The notes beneath the pieces are model-generated. The model had not been told where the DNA came from. It saw only the letters and a list, made by a program, of their open reading frames with translations, and searched no databases. 54,900 nt of DNA from a virus. Taxonomy: Duplodnaviria; Caudoviricetes. The DNA lies in the IMG/VR virus record IMGVR_UViG_3300028897_000401, positions 1 through 54,900 of that record. One strand, written 5' to 3'. Made by a program: the position numbers and the translations under genes. Positions 9,530-19,897 of the stretch are shown here, piece after piece. The first letter of the stretch is position 1. Each line of letters starts with the position of its first letter.

Positions 9530-10337
9530 TAATGGACGAGAGAGAAAAGGCTTTGGCTTTGTTCAGTAGTATGCGGGGGCAGTACATTATTTCCCAGGCG
9601 TTGTTTCTGGCCCATCGGGAGCTGAAAGACGCAGAGCCTTCAAATGCAGCGGACATGAAGTTGCTGCACGATGAATTGTTTCCGATTTTCAACGACTACC
9701 TGTTTTCGGCCATGACGGCTGCGCACAAACAGAAAGGTTAAGGCTCTGAAGGGGGATTTGACCTGAAAATGGTCGAATCCTCGCCTTGAGGGGTTAACCA
9801 GAAAAAAAATGGATCACGTATAGCGCGCATAAACCGACTTTTTGGCCCACCGAATACAAATACACCTAACCGAAAGAAATCTCGCAGCACAGGGGCGATT
9901 TGTGATCCATGCTTTATCAATCATTTCATGTGCTTAGGCAGAAAGGGGGGATAAAAATGAGTGTAAAGACAAGATTGCAACATTATCTCCACCCTATGCA
10001 CCTGTGGGATTTTTTCGGTGGTAGGTGGACGAAACTGTGGCGGGCTTACGAGTATCGGGTATGGCAACGATACTTTCGGCCCAGGTTAAGGAGTTGACCA
10101 TGGAACATGTAACTTTTGAATGCACGCCCGAAAGCCTTGTGGCGTGTGGATATATGGGGGTCGCCTACATGATCGCATTGGCTGGCATCTTTAGCTTTAA
10201 ATACAATCTTGGCGAAAGGTTGTATGGGTATATGTTCTGCCGTGAATGGGCTACAGAGGTCAAACATGCGATATGTGCGGTGACCGCCATATTGACATTT
10301 TATTATGTGTTGGTCTAGCTTTTTTGTTATTTTCGTA

Positions 10338-10366
10338 TTGACATTTGCTAACAAATTTGCTAGAAT
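10338..10366 (+). promoter_or_regulatory. sigma70 promoter with overlapping operator
   Basis: TTGACA-17-TAGAAT; spacer contains the near-palindrome TAACAAATTTGCTA. Confidence 0.75.
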
Positions 10367-10403
10367 AAGCATTTCAAATCATACCAAGAAAGGGGGAAGA
10401 ATA

Positions 10404-10826
10404 GTGAGCCATGTTACACCTATAGAAATCGAAATCAAGGACTTGGAAGCGGTGAAAGCCATGTGTACCCGCATGGGCTGGCGGTTTATGGAAAGCCAGC
10501 ATTCCTATAAATGGTACGGACGCTTCATGCGTGACTATCCGTTGCCGGAGGGTTTTACCGAGGCTGACCTTGGCAAGTGCGACCATGCGATTCGCATTCC
10601 TGGGGCAAGTTACGAGATCGGCCTGGTTAAGCGCGGGAATCAATATATCCCGTTGTTTGACTTTTGGTCTTCAGGCGGATTGGAAAAGGCACTTGGCGGG
10701 TCAAAGGCTCCGCTGTTTAAGCAGATGTACGGAGTCGAAGCCGCCAAACGCATAGCAAAAAAGAAAGGCTTCAAGGTTGTCGAGAAGCGAGAGAAAGGAG
10801 CGATCAAGTTATGGCTAAAGAAATAG
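10404..10826 (+). CDS. DUF1257-family protein
   Basis: GTG start after GGGGG RBS; SHVTPIEIEIKDL...YEIGL...FDFW...QMYG pattern. Confidence 0.7.
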   Translation: MSHVTPIEIEIKDLEAVKAMCTRMGWRFMESQHSYKWYGRFMRDYPLPEGFTEADLGKCDHAIRIPGASYEIGLVKRGNQYIPLFDFWSSGGLEKALGGSKAPLFKQMYGVEAAKRIAKKKGFKVVEKREKGAIKLWLKK

Positions 10827-11011
10827 AGTTGACCTTTTTCGACGACGGCAATTCTCAAGTTGAAGCCCACGGCTATAGTGGTAAGGGCTGCAAGGCCGCG
10901 ACGGAAGAGATCGAAAAGTTGCTTGGCAAGTCCGGTTTTATGAAGAAGAAAAAGGAATATTTCAAAGGTCTAGTCAAGGGTGCGCAAACACGCTTAACAG
11001 CAAGGGGGTAG
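10811..11011 (+). CDS. DUF2997-family protein
   Basis: DDGNSQVEAHGYSGKGCKAATEEIEKLLG...KKEYF pattern. Confidence 0.75.
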   Translation: MAKEIELTFFDDGNSQVEAHGYSGKGCKAATEEIEKLLGKSGFMKKKKEYFKGLVKGAQTRLTARG

Positions 11012-11200
11012 AAATGAGCGACGAATGTATTCACAGACATGACTGTTCGATAATAGCAACCAGAGGCACTTGCGATGCTGAAGGTTGCGAGCGGTTCAGC
11101 CCTAAACTGCATGGCAACAACGACAAACCGCAGAACGTAACCCGGTCGCGAATGAAAGACTTGGTTACGATTTTTGAGGAAGTTACCTTGGAGGAAGCCG

Positions 11201-11329
11201 ATGAATTTGGAGCTTATCTTTACCGATGACGGTCGATCCATTTTTAATTGGTGGACCGAGGAAGTTGTGGAGATCGTGGACGAATTGGGTAGCGGGGATG
11301 AATCGGTTGAAAATCCATGGTGCGGCTAG
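11201..11329 (+). CDS. 42-aa peptide ending PWCG (not in ORF track)
   Basis: GGAGG RBS; MNLELIFTDDGRSIFNWWTEEVVEIVDELGSGDESVENPWCG. Confidence 0.5.
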   Translation: MNLELIFTDDGRSIFNWWTEEVVEIVDELGSGDESVENPWCG

Positions 11330-11575
11330 CGTGCGCACAAACACTTATCGAAGCTCACAGATCAAAAGGAGGTAGGCAACCATCTTATAGGACAATCTGT
11401 GGGCTTTAGTAATTGTTTGTGTAAAGGAGGTGAAATAATTGCTGGAGAAGTTGGAAAAGAAACTTCGTAGGTTGGAGAAAAAGTACGACAAAGCTAAGGG
11501 GCCGATTGAGCGGGCCAGGATAGCCAAGTCCGCCGAATCGGTAATTAGAAAGATGGACAAAATAAGGGGGAAAGT

Positions 11576-13132
11576 ATGAGCGAAATCAAGGGGGAGATCG
11601 GCAACTTGCTACGTGCGAGGGCTGGCGCCCTTTGGCTCCAGACAAACGAAGAGTTTAGAGCCAAACGTACCGTGGCGGAGGTTGCCGCAGAACTGAAATT
11701 CAACCTCAAGGTTTGGAGCGCCGCAAGGGGGCTTTATACCTACGGCACGAATGAGGTTGACGAGGACACGGTAGAAGTACCGCGATCCGTCTTTCATGGC
11801 ATGAAAGAGGACAAGGCGCGGACGATTTACCTTTTGCTGGATTTTGGTATCTGGCTAAACCTGGATCGTTCGGAAGACGCACCGGTACTTCAAAGAATGC
11901 TAAGAGAGGAACTGGAACGTATTTCCGAATTGCCGAGAGAGGTGGCGAAAGCGATTGTGATTATAGATCGCAGCGCAAGTCCCGACATTCCCGGTGTGGT
12001 TCCGGTTGATTTTCCTCTGCCAACAAAAACGGAGCTGTCTTCGATAGTTGATGACATGCTCCAAACATTGCCGGAGGCGATTGCCGACGATGTGACCAAA
12101 AACGGCAAGAAGGACGATATAGTCCAGGCACTTGCCGGTCTTGAGGCGGAATCGGCGTCTGTGGCAATAGCACGATCTATTGTTGCCGAGAAAACGATAG
12201 ACCCGAAATTGTTGGTACAGAGCAAGCGTCAGCTTATCGGGCGAGAGGGGGTTGTATCCTGGTTTGAGCCGGAACCGATGGGTCTGGACGGTTTGGGTGG
12301 TTTGGAGAATCTGGTGGAGTGGTTTCAAAGACTTACCAGGGCGTTGTCTCCGGCTGCTGAAAAGTACGGCAGACCTAAACCGAAAGGCGCGTTGTTTGTC
12401 GGCCCCGGTGGTACTGGCAAATCTTACAGTTGTCAGTGTGGGGCTACGGCGGCAAACATTCCAATGCTGGAAACGGGAAACTTGGAAGGTTCGTTGGTAG
12501 GTGAAACCGCAGACCGCGTTAAGAAAGCCTTCAGGCAGGCACGGGCGGTAACCCCTTGCATGCTGCGCATTGACGAAATCGAGAAAATGTTGGGCGGAGC
12601 GGGAACCGATCTAAGTGGTTCAACACAGAAGATGCTCGGTACTCTTTTGACGGAAATGCAGGAAGACAAAAGCGGGGTGTTTGTGGTTGCGACCTGTAAT
12701 GATCCCACTGCATTGAGCGGGCCACTGCTCAGGCGGTTTGACAAAATCTTCTGGCTCGACATTCCGCATCTGGACGAATGCGTCCAGATATTTGAAGTGA
12801 TGAAAAAGAAGTACAAGCCGTTGAAAAACATCGCTCCGGACAAACTGGCAAAACCGGCGTCGGAACGAAAACTGACCGGGGCTGAAATCGAAAAGGCGTG
12901 CATAGAGGCTATGGATATTGCCTTCAATGATGGCGAGAGGCCAGTTGAGGACGACGATATTCTCGCAACTATTCCTGAGATTCAGCCGGTAGCCGAGGCT
13001 GATGCCCACAATATTAAGGTATGGAGAGAGTGGGCTAAGAAGGTTGGAGCCAAAAATGCTAGCAAGGTGCGTAAAGTACGGTGGGCCGGAGACAAAGAGG
13101 CAAAAGGCCGTAGGCAAGTGGAAATTGATTAA
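11576..13132 (+). CDS. AAA+ ATPase (Ycf46-like two-domain type)
   Basis: Walker A GPGGTGKS, Walker B LRIDEIEK, VVATCND and LLRRFD; degenerate N-terminal ATPase-like domain. Confidence 0.9.
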   Translation: MSEIKGEIGNLLRARAGALWLQTNEEFRAKRTVAEVAAELKFNLKVWSAARGLYTYGTNEVDEDTVEVPRSVFHGMKEDKARTIYLLLDFGIWLNLDRSEDAPVLQRMLREELERISELPREVAKAIVIIDRSASPDIPGVVPVDFPLPTKTELSSIVDDMLQTLPEAIADDVTKNGKKDDIVQALAGLEAESASVAIARSIVAEKTIDPKLLVQSKRQLIGREGVVSWFEPEPMGLDGLGGLENLVEWFQRLTRALSPAAEKYGRPKPKGALFVGPGGTGKSYSCQCGATAANIPMLETGNLEGSLVGETADRVKKAFRQARAVTPCMLRIDEIEKMLGGAGTDLSGSTQKMLGTLLTEMQEDKSGVFVVATCNDPTALSGPLLRRFDKIFWLDIPHLDECVQIFEVMKKKYKPLKNIAPDKLAKPASERKLTGAEIEKACIEAMDIAFNDGERPVEDDDILATIPEIQPVAEADAHNIKVWREWAKKVGAKNASKVRKVRWAGDKEAKGRRQVEID

Positions 13133-13422
13133 AACGACTGTGCTCACAATCGCCTTTATTTTGAGTGCCGCAGAGACAGTTTATTGCCCGTGCTGGCAGA
13201 CGATGGCGAATTTCAACACGGGTAGCTGGTATCTTAAAATTAAGGTGATTGAGCACCGTCACGGAACAGAAACACGGGAGATTTGGTATTGGAAAGAAAG
13301 TTCCCACTTAGGAAGGTGAAAGGAATCCCATTTGTTAGGCGAGTATTTCTGTATGGGCAGATTGAAAGTTTAGCAATCTTAGTAGCTGGGCCTACAAAAG
13401 TGGTTCGGGTCCACGGTGGGAG

Positions 13423-13506
13423 TTTAAAGCTTTACCACTTAGCTCTGGCCAAAACGTACCAGACAACCAGGGGAAGGTAAGCCAGAGCTAGGGAGCAAGG
13501 CTTTAA
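13423..13506 (+). ncRNA. solo stem-closed TIGR-like guide RNA
   Basis: GGCC-aaaacgtacc-AGACAACC-aggggaaggta-AG, enclosed by stem TAGCTCTGG/CCAGAGCTA and outer stem TTAAAGCTTT/AAGGCTTTAA; intergenic. Confidence 0.65.
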
Positions 13507-13749
13507 CGAAAGGAGGTGTTAAATTGAAAGGATTTGAACGAGTAAATCTGGATTTGTTCGATAAGCCGAAACCCAAACTTGCCCTGCGTGTGATTACTCC
13601 CACCGAAATTGACGACTCGGACTTGGAAATCAAGATACCCGATTACTCCAAGGCAAGATCGACAAGGGAGCGACACCTTATGGCAATGGCTTTTGTGTAT
13701 CAGAACCGCGTGTTTTTAGACATACTAGAAGAGGAAAGGGGGATTAAGT

Positions 13750-14490
13750 ATGAGACAACTCAAACCTAGCTTTATCATCGTCGGCGACGTTGCTGTGCGC
13801 GGGGGCGTGCAGTACACGGTCAACAATCCCGACGAATGGGAAGAGGGCAGCGAGCACCACAAGAGGTGGGAAACGCATCGCACGATTTTCGATCCGGAAG
13901 AGTATAATTCGGGTCGTGCTACAAAGGCTCGCTTGCAGCGCCAACTCAATGAAGTATGCACACGGTCGGCAATCGGCCTTATCTGTCCTTACGAGTTTGA
14001 GGACAGATACCGAGAGATCGTAGAGTCAATCAAATCCGAGATTAAGGATTGGAATGATATAGCCAAGACCTGTAAGCTATCGTTCTATCCGGTCGAGTTT
14101 GAGATTGAGGGCGCAAACCAAAAGGTAGCCGAGGCGTTAATGCGGCAGTTGATTGAATTAATGGAAGACTTGCGGGAAGCTTTGAACAAGGGCGACTTCA
14201 AAGAGGTTCGCAACCTACTTCGCAACAAAAAAGGATTTTCGGAAATCCTGCCGGACGACCTGGGTCAGGATTTACGCGAAGCCCTGGAGTCGGCACGAGA
14301 ACAGGCAAAGGAACTCGCGAAGCAGGCCCGCGAGAATGCCGACCAATTTGAATTGGTACAACGGGCCGTGGATACGAGCAAGGTGTCTCTGGCGAGGCTG
14401 GCTTTTGTCGAGTATGCGGACGAAGTGACTGAGGTGATCGAAACGCCAAAGGTAAGCAATCGGCTGGCTGCGGTAGGAGCGGAGGTATAA
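13750..14490 (+). CDS. helical hypothetical protein (DUF3150-like)
   Basis: Long coiled-coil ORF following the AAA module; family call is tentative. Confidence 0.55.
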   Translation: MRQLKPSFIIVGDVAVRGGVQYTVNNPDEWEEGSEHHKRWETHRTIFDPEEYNSGRATKARLQRQLNEVCTRSAIGLICPYEFEDRYREIVESIKSEIKDWNDIAKTCKLSFYPVEFEIEGANQKVAEALMRQLIELMEDLREALNKGDFKEVRNLLRNKKGFSEILPDDLGQDLREALESAREQAKELAKQARENADQFELVQRAVDTSKVSLARLAFVEYADEVTEVIETPKVSNRLAAVGAEV

Positions 14491-14497
14491 TTTTTTG

Positions 14498-14573
14498 GGT
14501 GTCGGTAGCTCAGTGGTTAGAGCATGTGGCTGTGGCCCATAAGACAACGGTTCGACTCCGTTCCGACACCCCA
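14498..14573 (+). tRNA. tRNA-His (GTG)
   Basis: Cloverleaf: G-1, acceptor GTGTCGG/CCGACAC, D-arm GCTC/GAGC, anticodon loop CT-GTG-GC, T-loop TTCGACT, C73 discriminator, encoded CCA. Confidence 0.95.
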
Positions 14574-14592
14574 GCAAACAATAGGGGGAGCT

Positions 14593-14856
14593 ATGAAAAA
14601 GACAATAATCATCTCCGCCGTTTTTCTTGTCGCGTGTGCATCCACGCCGAGCCAAGAGAAAACTTACGATGTGTGGGAGAGTCCCGGCAAGGAAGACCGG
14701 GGCACTCTCCCGGCATATCGGGTGAAGGAAATGCCTAACGGCGAAGTGCGCGTGTATGAATACGGCGATCCGTTTGAGTACAAGTACCGCGTAACTCCAA
14801 ACGGTAGGATTTACAAAAAGGGCGATCCATTTGAAAGGAAGGGGGAGAAGAGGTGA
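14593..14856 (+). CDS. lipoprotein
   Basis: MKKTIIISAVFLVAC lipobox; GGGGGAG RBS. Confidence 0.65.
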   Translation: MKKTIIISAVFLVACASTPSQEKTYDVWESPGKEDRGTLPAYRVKEMPNGEVRVYEYGDPFEYKYRVTPNGRIYKKGDPFERKGEKR

Positions 14857-15326
14857 AATGTAAATACACGACGGCAATTCACGCCAAAAGACTAAAGCAG
14901 ATGTTGAAAAGGAAAGACCCGTGCGCCTGCTGTCCGGCGGCACCGTATTTTGACGAAAACAAACCTAGTCGCATAATGTGGAGCGATAAACCCAATCCCT
15001 GCCGAATATGCCTAGATTTTGTCGGGCTTACCCACGAGACAGGCTCACGTTGCCCGTGTTTTATTTTGGACGAAAGGGCAATCATCGAAACCCTCAAAGC
15101 ATTGGAACGGTGGGAGAAATCAAATGAACGAAGTTAAAGCCTGGGACGGCGAGATGTGGAAAGTGGGCGAAAAGGTCGGCTACAAAGATATAAACCTTAT
15201 GGAGTACGAGGGTGTAATTGTCGGATTTATTTCTGCGAATATGTGCAACGTGAAATGGACTAGACCGACCTTTCTTTTGGGCATCAATCCTTCACTGGAG
15301 TATATTCCGAATTTGCGGAGGTTGAA

Positions 15327-15713
15327 ATGAAAGTAGGCTTTACCGGTACTCGCAAAGGTATGACCATGAGACAACAACGCACTGTAGAGCGAGCACTGCA
15401 CTTTTTGGGTGTGACCGAATTGCACCATGGCGATTGTTGGGGGGCTGACGAGGAAGCAGATTGGCTTGCCAGGACAAACAACATCAAGAGGGTGATTCAT
15501 CCACCAAAAGACCCCAAGAATCGAGCCTTCTGCGACGCCGAAGTAGTGTTAGACGAAAAAGATTATCTTGAACGCAACCACGATATAGTAGACGCTGGGC
15601 GCATTTTGATAGCGGCTCCAGGTTCTCTGCACGAGATCACCAGAAGTGGCACCTGGGCAACAATTCGCTACGCCGAAAGGAAGGGCGTTCCGGTAATTTT
15701 AGTGAGGCCATAA
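15327..15713 (+). CDS. SLOG-superfamily nucleotide-binding protein
   Basis: VGFTGTR, HHGDCWGAD, ERNHDIVD and RSGTWATIRYA motifs. Confidence 0.8.
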   Translation: MKVGFTGTRKGMTMRQQRTVERALHFLGVTELHHGDCWGADEEADWLARTNNIKRVIHPPKDPKNRAFCDAEVVLDEKDYLERNHDIVDAGRILIAAPGSLHEITRSGTWATIRYAERKGVPVILVRP

Positions 15714-16142
15714 TTATCTGAGCGTCCATTTGTTTGGGCCAGGTAGAGAAAGCAAACCGGAGATATTCCAAGCGAATTGAAGGAAGATTAGAATCCTTCA
15801 CTCTAGCCGCCCGAAATGGTGGCTACAGTAATCGGTTCTAATTGCCGATAATCAATGTAAACAGGGGATGAAATATGGCAATTTTAGCAAGCACTAATGC
15901 ACACGAACGGTCCACCGTATGTGTGCAATAGTGCCAAGGGGGAAACGCATGGAATTTAGAGAACACATCAGAACAATGCTCAAGGACGAAATGGATATGC
16001 TGCAAGAGCCTGGGGCCGGGTATGAAGATGTGGATAAAGTTGAAATGTGGGAGATAGTTGAAAGGCATATTCTTTCCGATTTGGGTGAGGCCGTCAATGA
16101 GGAAATCTTGCAACTTCAAAATTTTCTAAATGAGGGGGAGGA

Positions 16143-16580
16143 ATGATCTCATACGATCTCTGGCAAAACGAACTCAACCGCTGGAGCTACATGGGCACGG
16201 GTAAGCTGCGGACGCGGTTGAATCGTATAACCAAGCCAGACAAATTAGCAGCGTTTATGAAGATGGCGCGGGAGCGCGGGGAGCGCAACTTGCTTGCCGC
16301 TGCGCATGTGCGTTCAGAAAAATTAGGTTTAGATTACCTCAAGTCACTTTATCCGATTAAATACAAACCAATACCAACACAAGAAATGCGAAACCCTCAA
16401 ACGAACTTACAGCAACCGAAAAAGGCAAGACCGAATAGACCGCCGCCACAGAGTACGCCATCGGAGATGCGCGCTAAGGGCTACGAATACAATGTGGCCG
16501 AAAAGCGCTGGCAAAAAAAGAAAGACAAGTGTGTCATTGGTTCCAAGATGACAACCGCGAGAGTGGTGGAGGTGGATTGA
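16143..16580 (+). CDS. hypothetical protein
   Basis: GAGGGGGAGG RBS; part of a coupled operon. Confidence 0.55.
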   Translation: MISYDLWQNELNRWSYMGTGKLRTRLNRITKPDKLAAFMKMARERGERNLLAAAHVRSEKLGLDYLKSLYPIKYKPIPTQEMRNPQTNLQQPKKARPNRPPPQSTPSEMRAKGYEYNVAEKRWQKKKDKCVIGSKMTTARVVEVD

Positions 16581-16845
16581 TGAAGGTAAAAAAGGAATAC
16601 CTAGAATTGTGCTATACGCGCCCAACCAAGCCGCATCCAGGCGGAGGTGTGACGAACGAACCGTATACGATCGTGTACGATTATGACATGGAGAAATTGT
16701 GCGGCGATACATATACTGGAGCGCATTTTCTTTCGGTACTGAATTTTGCATGGAAAAACGGATTCCCCTGGTCGATCAGTAGGTGGCACGAAGTTAACAC
16801 ACTAAGGTCGCCGTCAATAGCCAGGAGAATTGTGGAGGTGGATTG

Positions 16846-17016
16846 ATGCTGATGCCGTGGGGGAAATTTAAGGGCAAAGACATAGAGGAAATCCCGTCGG
16901 GCTACCTGAAGTGGCTGGCCGAGAACTGCGAGGACGACGATATAGCCACAGCCGCCGACGAGGAATATCGGTGGCGAACCGATTGGAACAAACACTTTTG
17001 GGAGCAGGCATTATGA
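16846..17016 (+). CDS. DUF3820-like small protein (not in ORF track)
   Basis: MLMPWGKFKGKDIEEIPSGYLKWL motif; TGATG coupling. Confidence 0.7.
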   Translation: MLMPWGKFKGKDIEEIPSGYLKWLAENCEDDDIATAADEEYRWRTDWNKHFWEQAL

Positions 17017-17328
17017 ACGTGCGCAAACACGCCAAAGTAATAGACCTTGCAGCGTACCGCCGGAAGAAAATTCTAGAGCGGGAGTTGAAGAAACTTAGGG
17101 CCGAAGGATGGATCATCTGTCGGCAAGAAGAGGGGGAGAAATGAGAACTTACTATGTAGCCTATACCGAAAGGGTGATGTTCACCTATCGGGTGAGGGCG
17201 CGAGATTTTGAGGAAGCCAAGCACCTTGTCATAATGGACGGCTGCGGCGAGGAAGTATTTCATGATTCTGACGGCATAGTTGAGGGTTCCATCGAGGATT
17301 TGACCCACATATATGAGGAGGTTGCGGA

Positions 17329-17595
17329 ATGAAACATACACCAGGACCGTGGAAAGCCCACCAAGACCCATACGCTAAAATATGGTTAGTAGATATGGGG
17401 AACGAAAAATGGCGACAGTTTTACAAACAACAAACAATATTTACAGAAGGCAATGCCAAACTAATCGCAGCAGCACCGGAATTGTTGGAAGTCATACAAG
17501 ATTTTTTGGCAGCGAAAAATAAAGATGAAATGCACCACGCAATGGTACGTATGGAAGAAGCAATCGCCAAGGCAACACAAGGGGGGGAGAAATGA
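17329..17595 (+). CDS. conserved phage hypothetical protein
   Basis: MKHTPGPW...NAKLIAAAPELLE motif common in phages. Confidence 0.75.
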   Translation: MKHTPGPWKAHQDPYAKIWLVDMGNEKWRQFYKQQTIFTEGNAKLIAAAPELLEVIQDFLAAKNKDEMHHAMVRMEEAIAKATQGGEK

Positions 17596-17883
17596 ACAAG
17601 TACCTTGAAATGATGTACGAGAGAGCAGAAAGTAAAATGCTGGTCGGTATTTGCCCCTTCTGCGATGCCGACTCTGAAATGGAAAGTTGGGTTGTCGCTA
17701 ATTTTCAGGCTTGCAAGCCAGTAAATTATCCTTGCGCATGGGCTACTTGTATATTTTGTCCGCACGCCGAGTATGCGAATCTGCCCTTTATGATGGACGG
17801 GGATGGCGAAGTAACTATGGATGATACCGAAGAGGGTTGCACTATGGCCGGTAGGCGTGCGTGGCGCAAATACCGAGACTTTT

Positions 17884-19311
17884 TCAATGAAGAATCGGAA
17901 ACACCGTAATTTCACCCGTTCGCACGTCAATTTCCACCCGGTCTATGAGAATGGAGAGAATCCTTTTCATGGTAACCCGGTCGAAATTGGCGTTGCGGAT
18001 AGAGGTTACCTTGTCGGCGACTACTTCATGGTTGTAAATTTCCGCTTCCGCCTTTCTCAACTGTACGCCGGTGGCGTCCAGGCGTTGCGACAATTCACGC
18101 TTGGACTCTTCAAGTTCAAGGACTTTTTTCTTAATAAGATGCCTGTCCTTGGAATTGAAGAGGTCGAGAAGATTGTCTTGCTTAACTGAGAGGTCGTCTA
18201 TTTTGGATTCTAGAATTTCGTATTGCTCTACGAGTCGGCTCTTTCTGTGTTGGACGTGCTTTGATATGGCGGTGGCATTTATGTCGTGCGACCGGAAAAA
18301 TTCCAGGACGGCCTCTTCTAGCGGCTCGCGTTTGATGGATTTCCGGATGCATGTATCACAGTGGTCGTGGGAGCGTGTATGGAATTGACAACGGTATCGC
18401 GCAGTATCCCGGTCTTTGCGGTACTGACCCGCCCAGGAACTTCCGCAGGGTTTGGCGACGACAAGTCCGGACAAGAGAAACCTGTCATCGTCGTAAACCC
18501 TGGTGGCTGCGGTACGACCTTTGATGACGGTTTGCGTGCGTTCCCACACCTGGCGGTCGATTATGCCGATGTGATCCGACGGGAGTACCTCACCGCCATG
18601 CCTTTGAAAGCTGCGGTTTTCCCTGGCAGGATCGGCGATGTAATGGACGGATTTCAACATGCGCAAAATTTGCTGGTGGTTCCAGAGTTTCCCGCCGGTA
18701 GTTTTGATGCCTTGAGCATTGAGCCAATCTGCTATCTTGCGAGCGCCTTGATAGTTGAGGGCTCGGTTGTATATCTCTTTGACAATTTCCGCGTCTTTGT
18801 TGGGCTTGAGCCGTTTGTGCTCACGGTCGAGTTCAAAACCGAAAGAAACCCAGCCGCCCGTCCAGCGCTGCTTTTTGGCGAGCTTGTTCATGGCATCAGT
18901 AACCCGGAGCGAAATAACGTCGGATTCGTATTCGGCAAAAGAAACGAGCATAGTGCGGAACAGGCGTCCCATGGCGGTTTGTGTATCGACATTCTCTGTT
19001 ACCGATACTATGCCGACGCCGTTCTTTTCAAACTCTTCACTCAGAGACAAAAAATCTCTGACACGACGGGAAAAACGATCGAGCCGGTAGACGCATACTT
19101 TGTCTATACTGTTTTCGGAAACTACCCTTCGCAGGGCGTTGAGGCCGGGGCGAGACAGCGACCGCCCCGTTTTGCCTATATCAACAAAGGTGTTGGTAAG
19201 CTCCCATCCCTGGGATTTGATGTAATTCTCGGTGGCGTCCCTTTGTACTTCAGGGCTTACAGAAATATCGCCGCGTTCCTCGGATTGTCGGACGTAAACT
19301 GCGGTTTTCAT
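17884..19311 (-). CDS. large serine recombinase (integrase)
   Basis: YVRQS catalytic Ser, RPGL, VYRLDRFSR, recombinase domain, Zn-ribbon region and coiled coil. Confidence 0.95.
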   Translation of the reverse strand: MKTAVYVRQSEERGDISVSPEVQRDATENYIKSQGWELTNTFVDIGKTGRSLSRPGLNALRRVVSENSIDKVCVYRLDRFSRRVRDFLSLSEEFEKNGVGIVSVTENVDTQTAMGRLFRTMLVSFAEYESDVISLRVTDAMNKLAKKQRWTGGWVSFGFELDREHKRLKPNKDAEIVKEIYNRALNYQGARKIADWLNAQGIKTTGGKLWNHQQILRMLKSVHYIADPARENRSFQRHGGEVLPSDHIGIIDRQVWERTQTVIKGRTAATRVYDDDRFLLSGLVVAKPCGSSWAGQYRKDRDTARYRCQFHTRSHDHCDTCIRKSIKREPLEEAVLEFFRSHDINATAISKHVQHRKSRLVEQYEILESKIDDLSVKQDNLLDLFNSKDRHLIKKKVLELEESKRELSQRLDATGVQLRKAEAEIYNHEVVADKVTSIRNANFDRVTMKRILSILIDRVEIDVRTGEITVFPILH

Positions 19312-19833
19312 TTAGCCAGCCAGATTGATGGGAGCGGAGAAGTGAGGGTCGTCGTCATCCTCGCTGTCCAGTTTTACGTAGTCGCTGCCACTTCCGTAAT
19401 AGTCGTTGTGTATAGCTTTACGTTTATGTTTCCACAGATAAGTATCGTAGGCTTCGATGGCGATACGATAAAAGGCCATGCGCATAGCCTTGAGGCTTCT
19501 GCCGATAGTTGTGTTTACGAATCTTTCGTCGGTGGCCAAACAAAGGAATTTCGTAACAGTCCTGGGTTCGTCGTGATAAATCTTTGCCAGTTTGCACGCC
19601 AACTCTTGCGGAATACCGCAAAATTGCCGCTCGCTAATTCCGAAAATGTAATCCAGCGACCAGCCTTTTTCTATGGCTACCTTTATGATTTTTTCCCATG
19701 GCAGACCGTCTTGAGCGATATAGCGCGAAATACTGTTAGCATGCGGAATGTCGAGTATCTGTGCAAGTTCCTCGTAGGTGTCAACATTTGCAAGGACTTT
19801 AATTTTTTCGAAAACGGCTTTGGCGGATTTCAT
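19312..19833 (-). CDS. CI-like repressor (HTH)
   Basis: N-terminal ELAQILDIP...SLDYIFG phage CI HTH; divergent from 19931. Confidence 0.75.
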   Translation of the reverse strand: MKSAKAVFEKIKVLANVDTYEELAQILDIPHANSISRYIAQDGLPWEKIIKVAIEKGWSLDYIFGISERQFCGIPQELACKLAKIYHDEPRTVTKFLCLATDERFVNTTIGRSLKAMRMAFYRIAIEAYDTYLWKHKRKAIHNDYYGSGSDYVKLDSEDDDDPHFSAPINLAG

Positions 19834-19868
19834 TGGCTACCCCTCATAGCACGAATGATAATTATCTA

Positions 19869-19897
19869 TTGACTAAAGTTAACAAATTTGCTAGAAT
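19869..19897 (+). promoter_or_regulatory. rightward sigma70 promoter with operator
   Basis: TTGACT-17-TAGAAT containing TAACAAATTTGCTA. Confidence 0.75.

Noticed and set aside
14499-14738. 79-aa ORF
   Set aside because: Overlaps the tRNA-His and the lipoprotein gene in another frame.
18361-19872. 503-aa + strand ORF
   Set aside because: Antisense shadow of the integrase and repressor, with no recognisable motifs.
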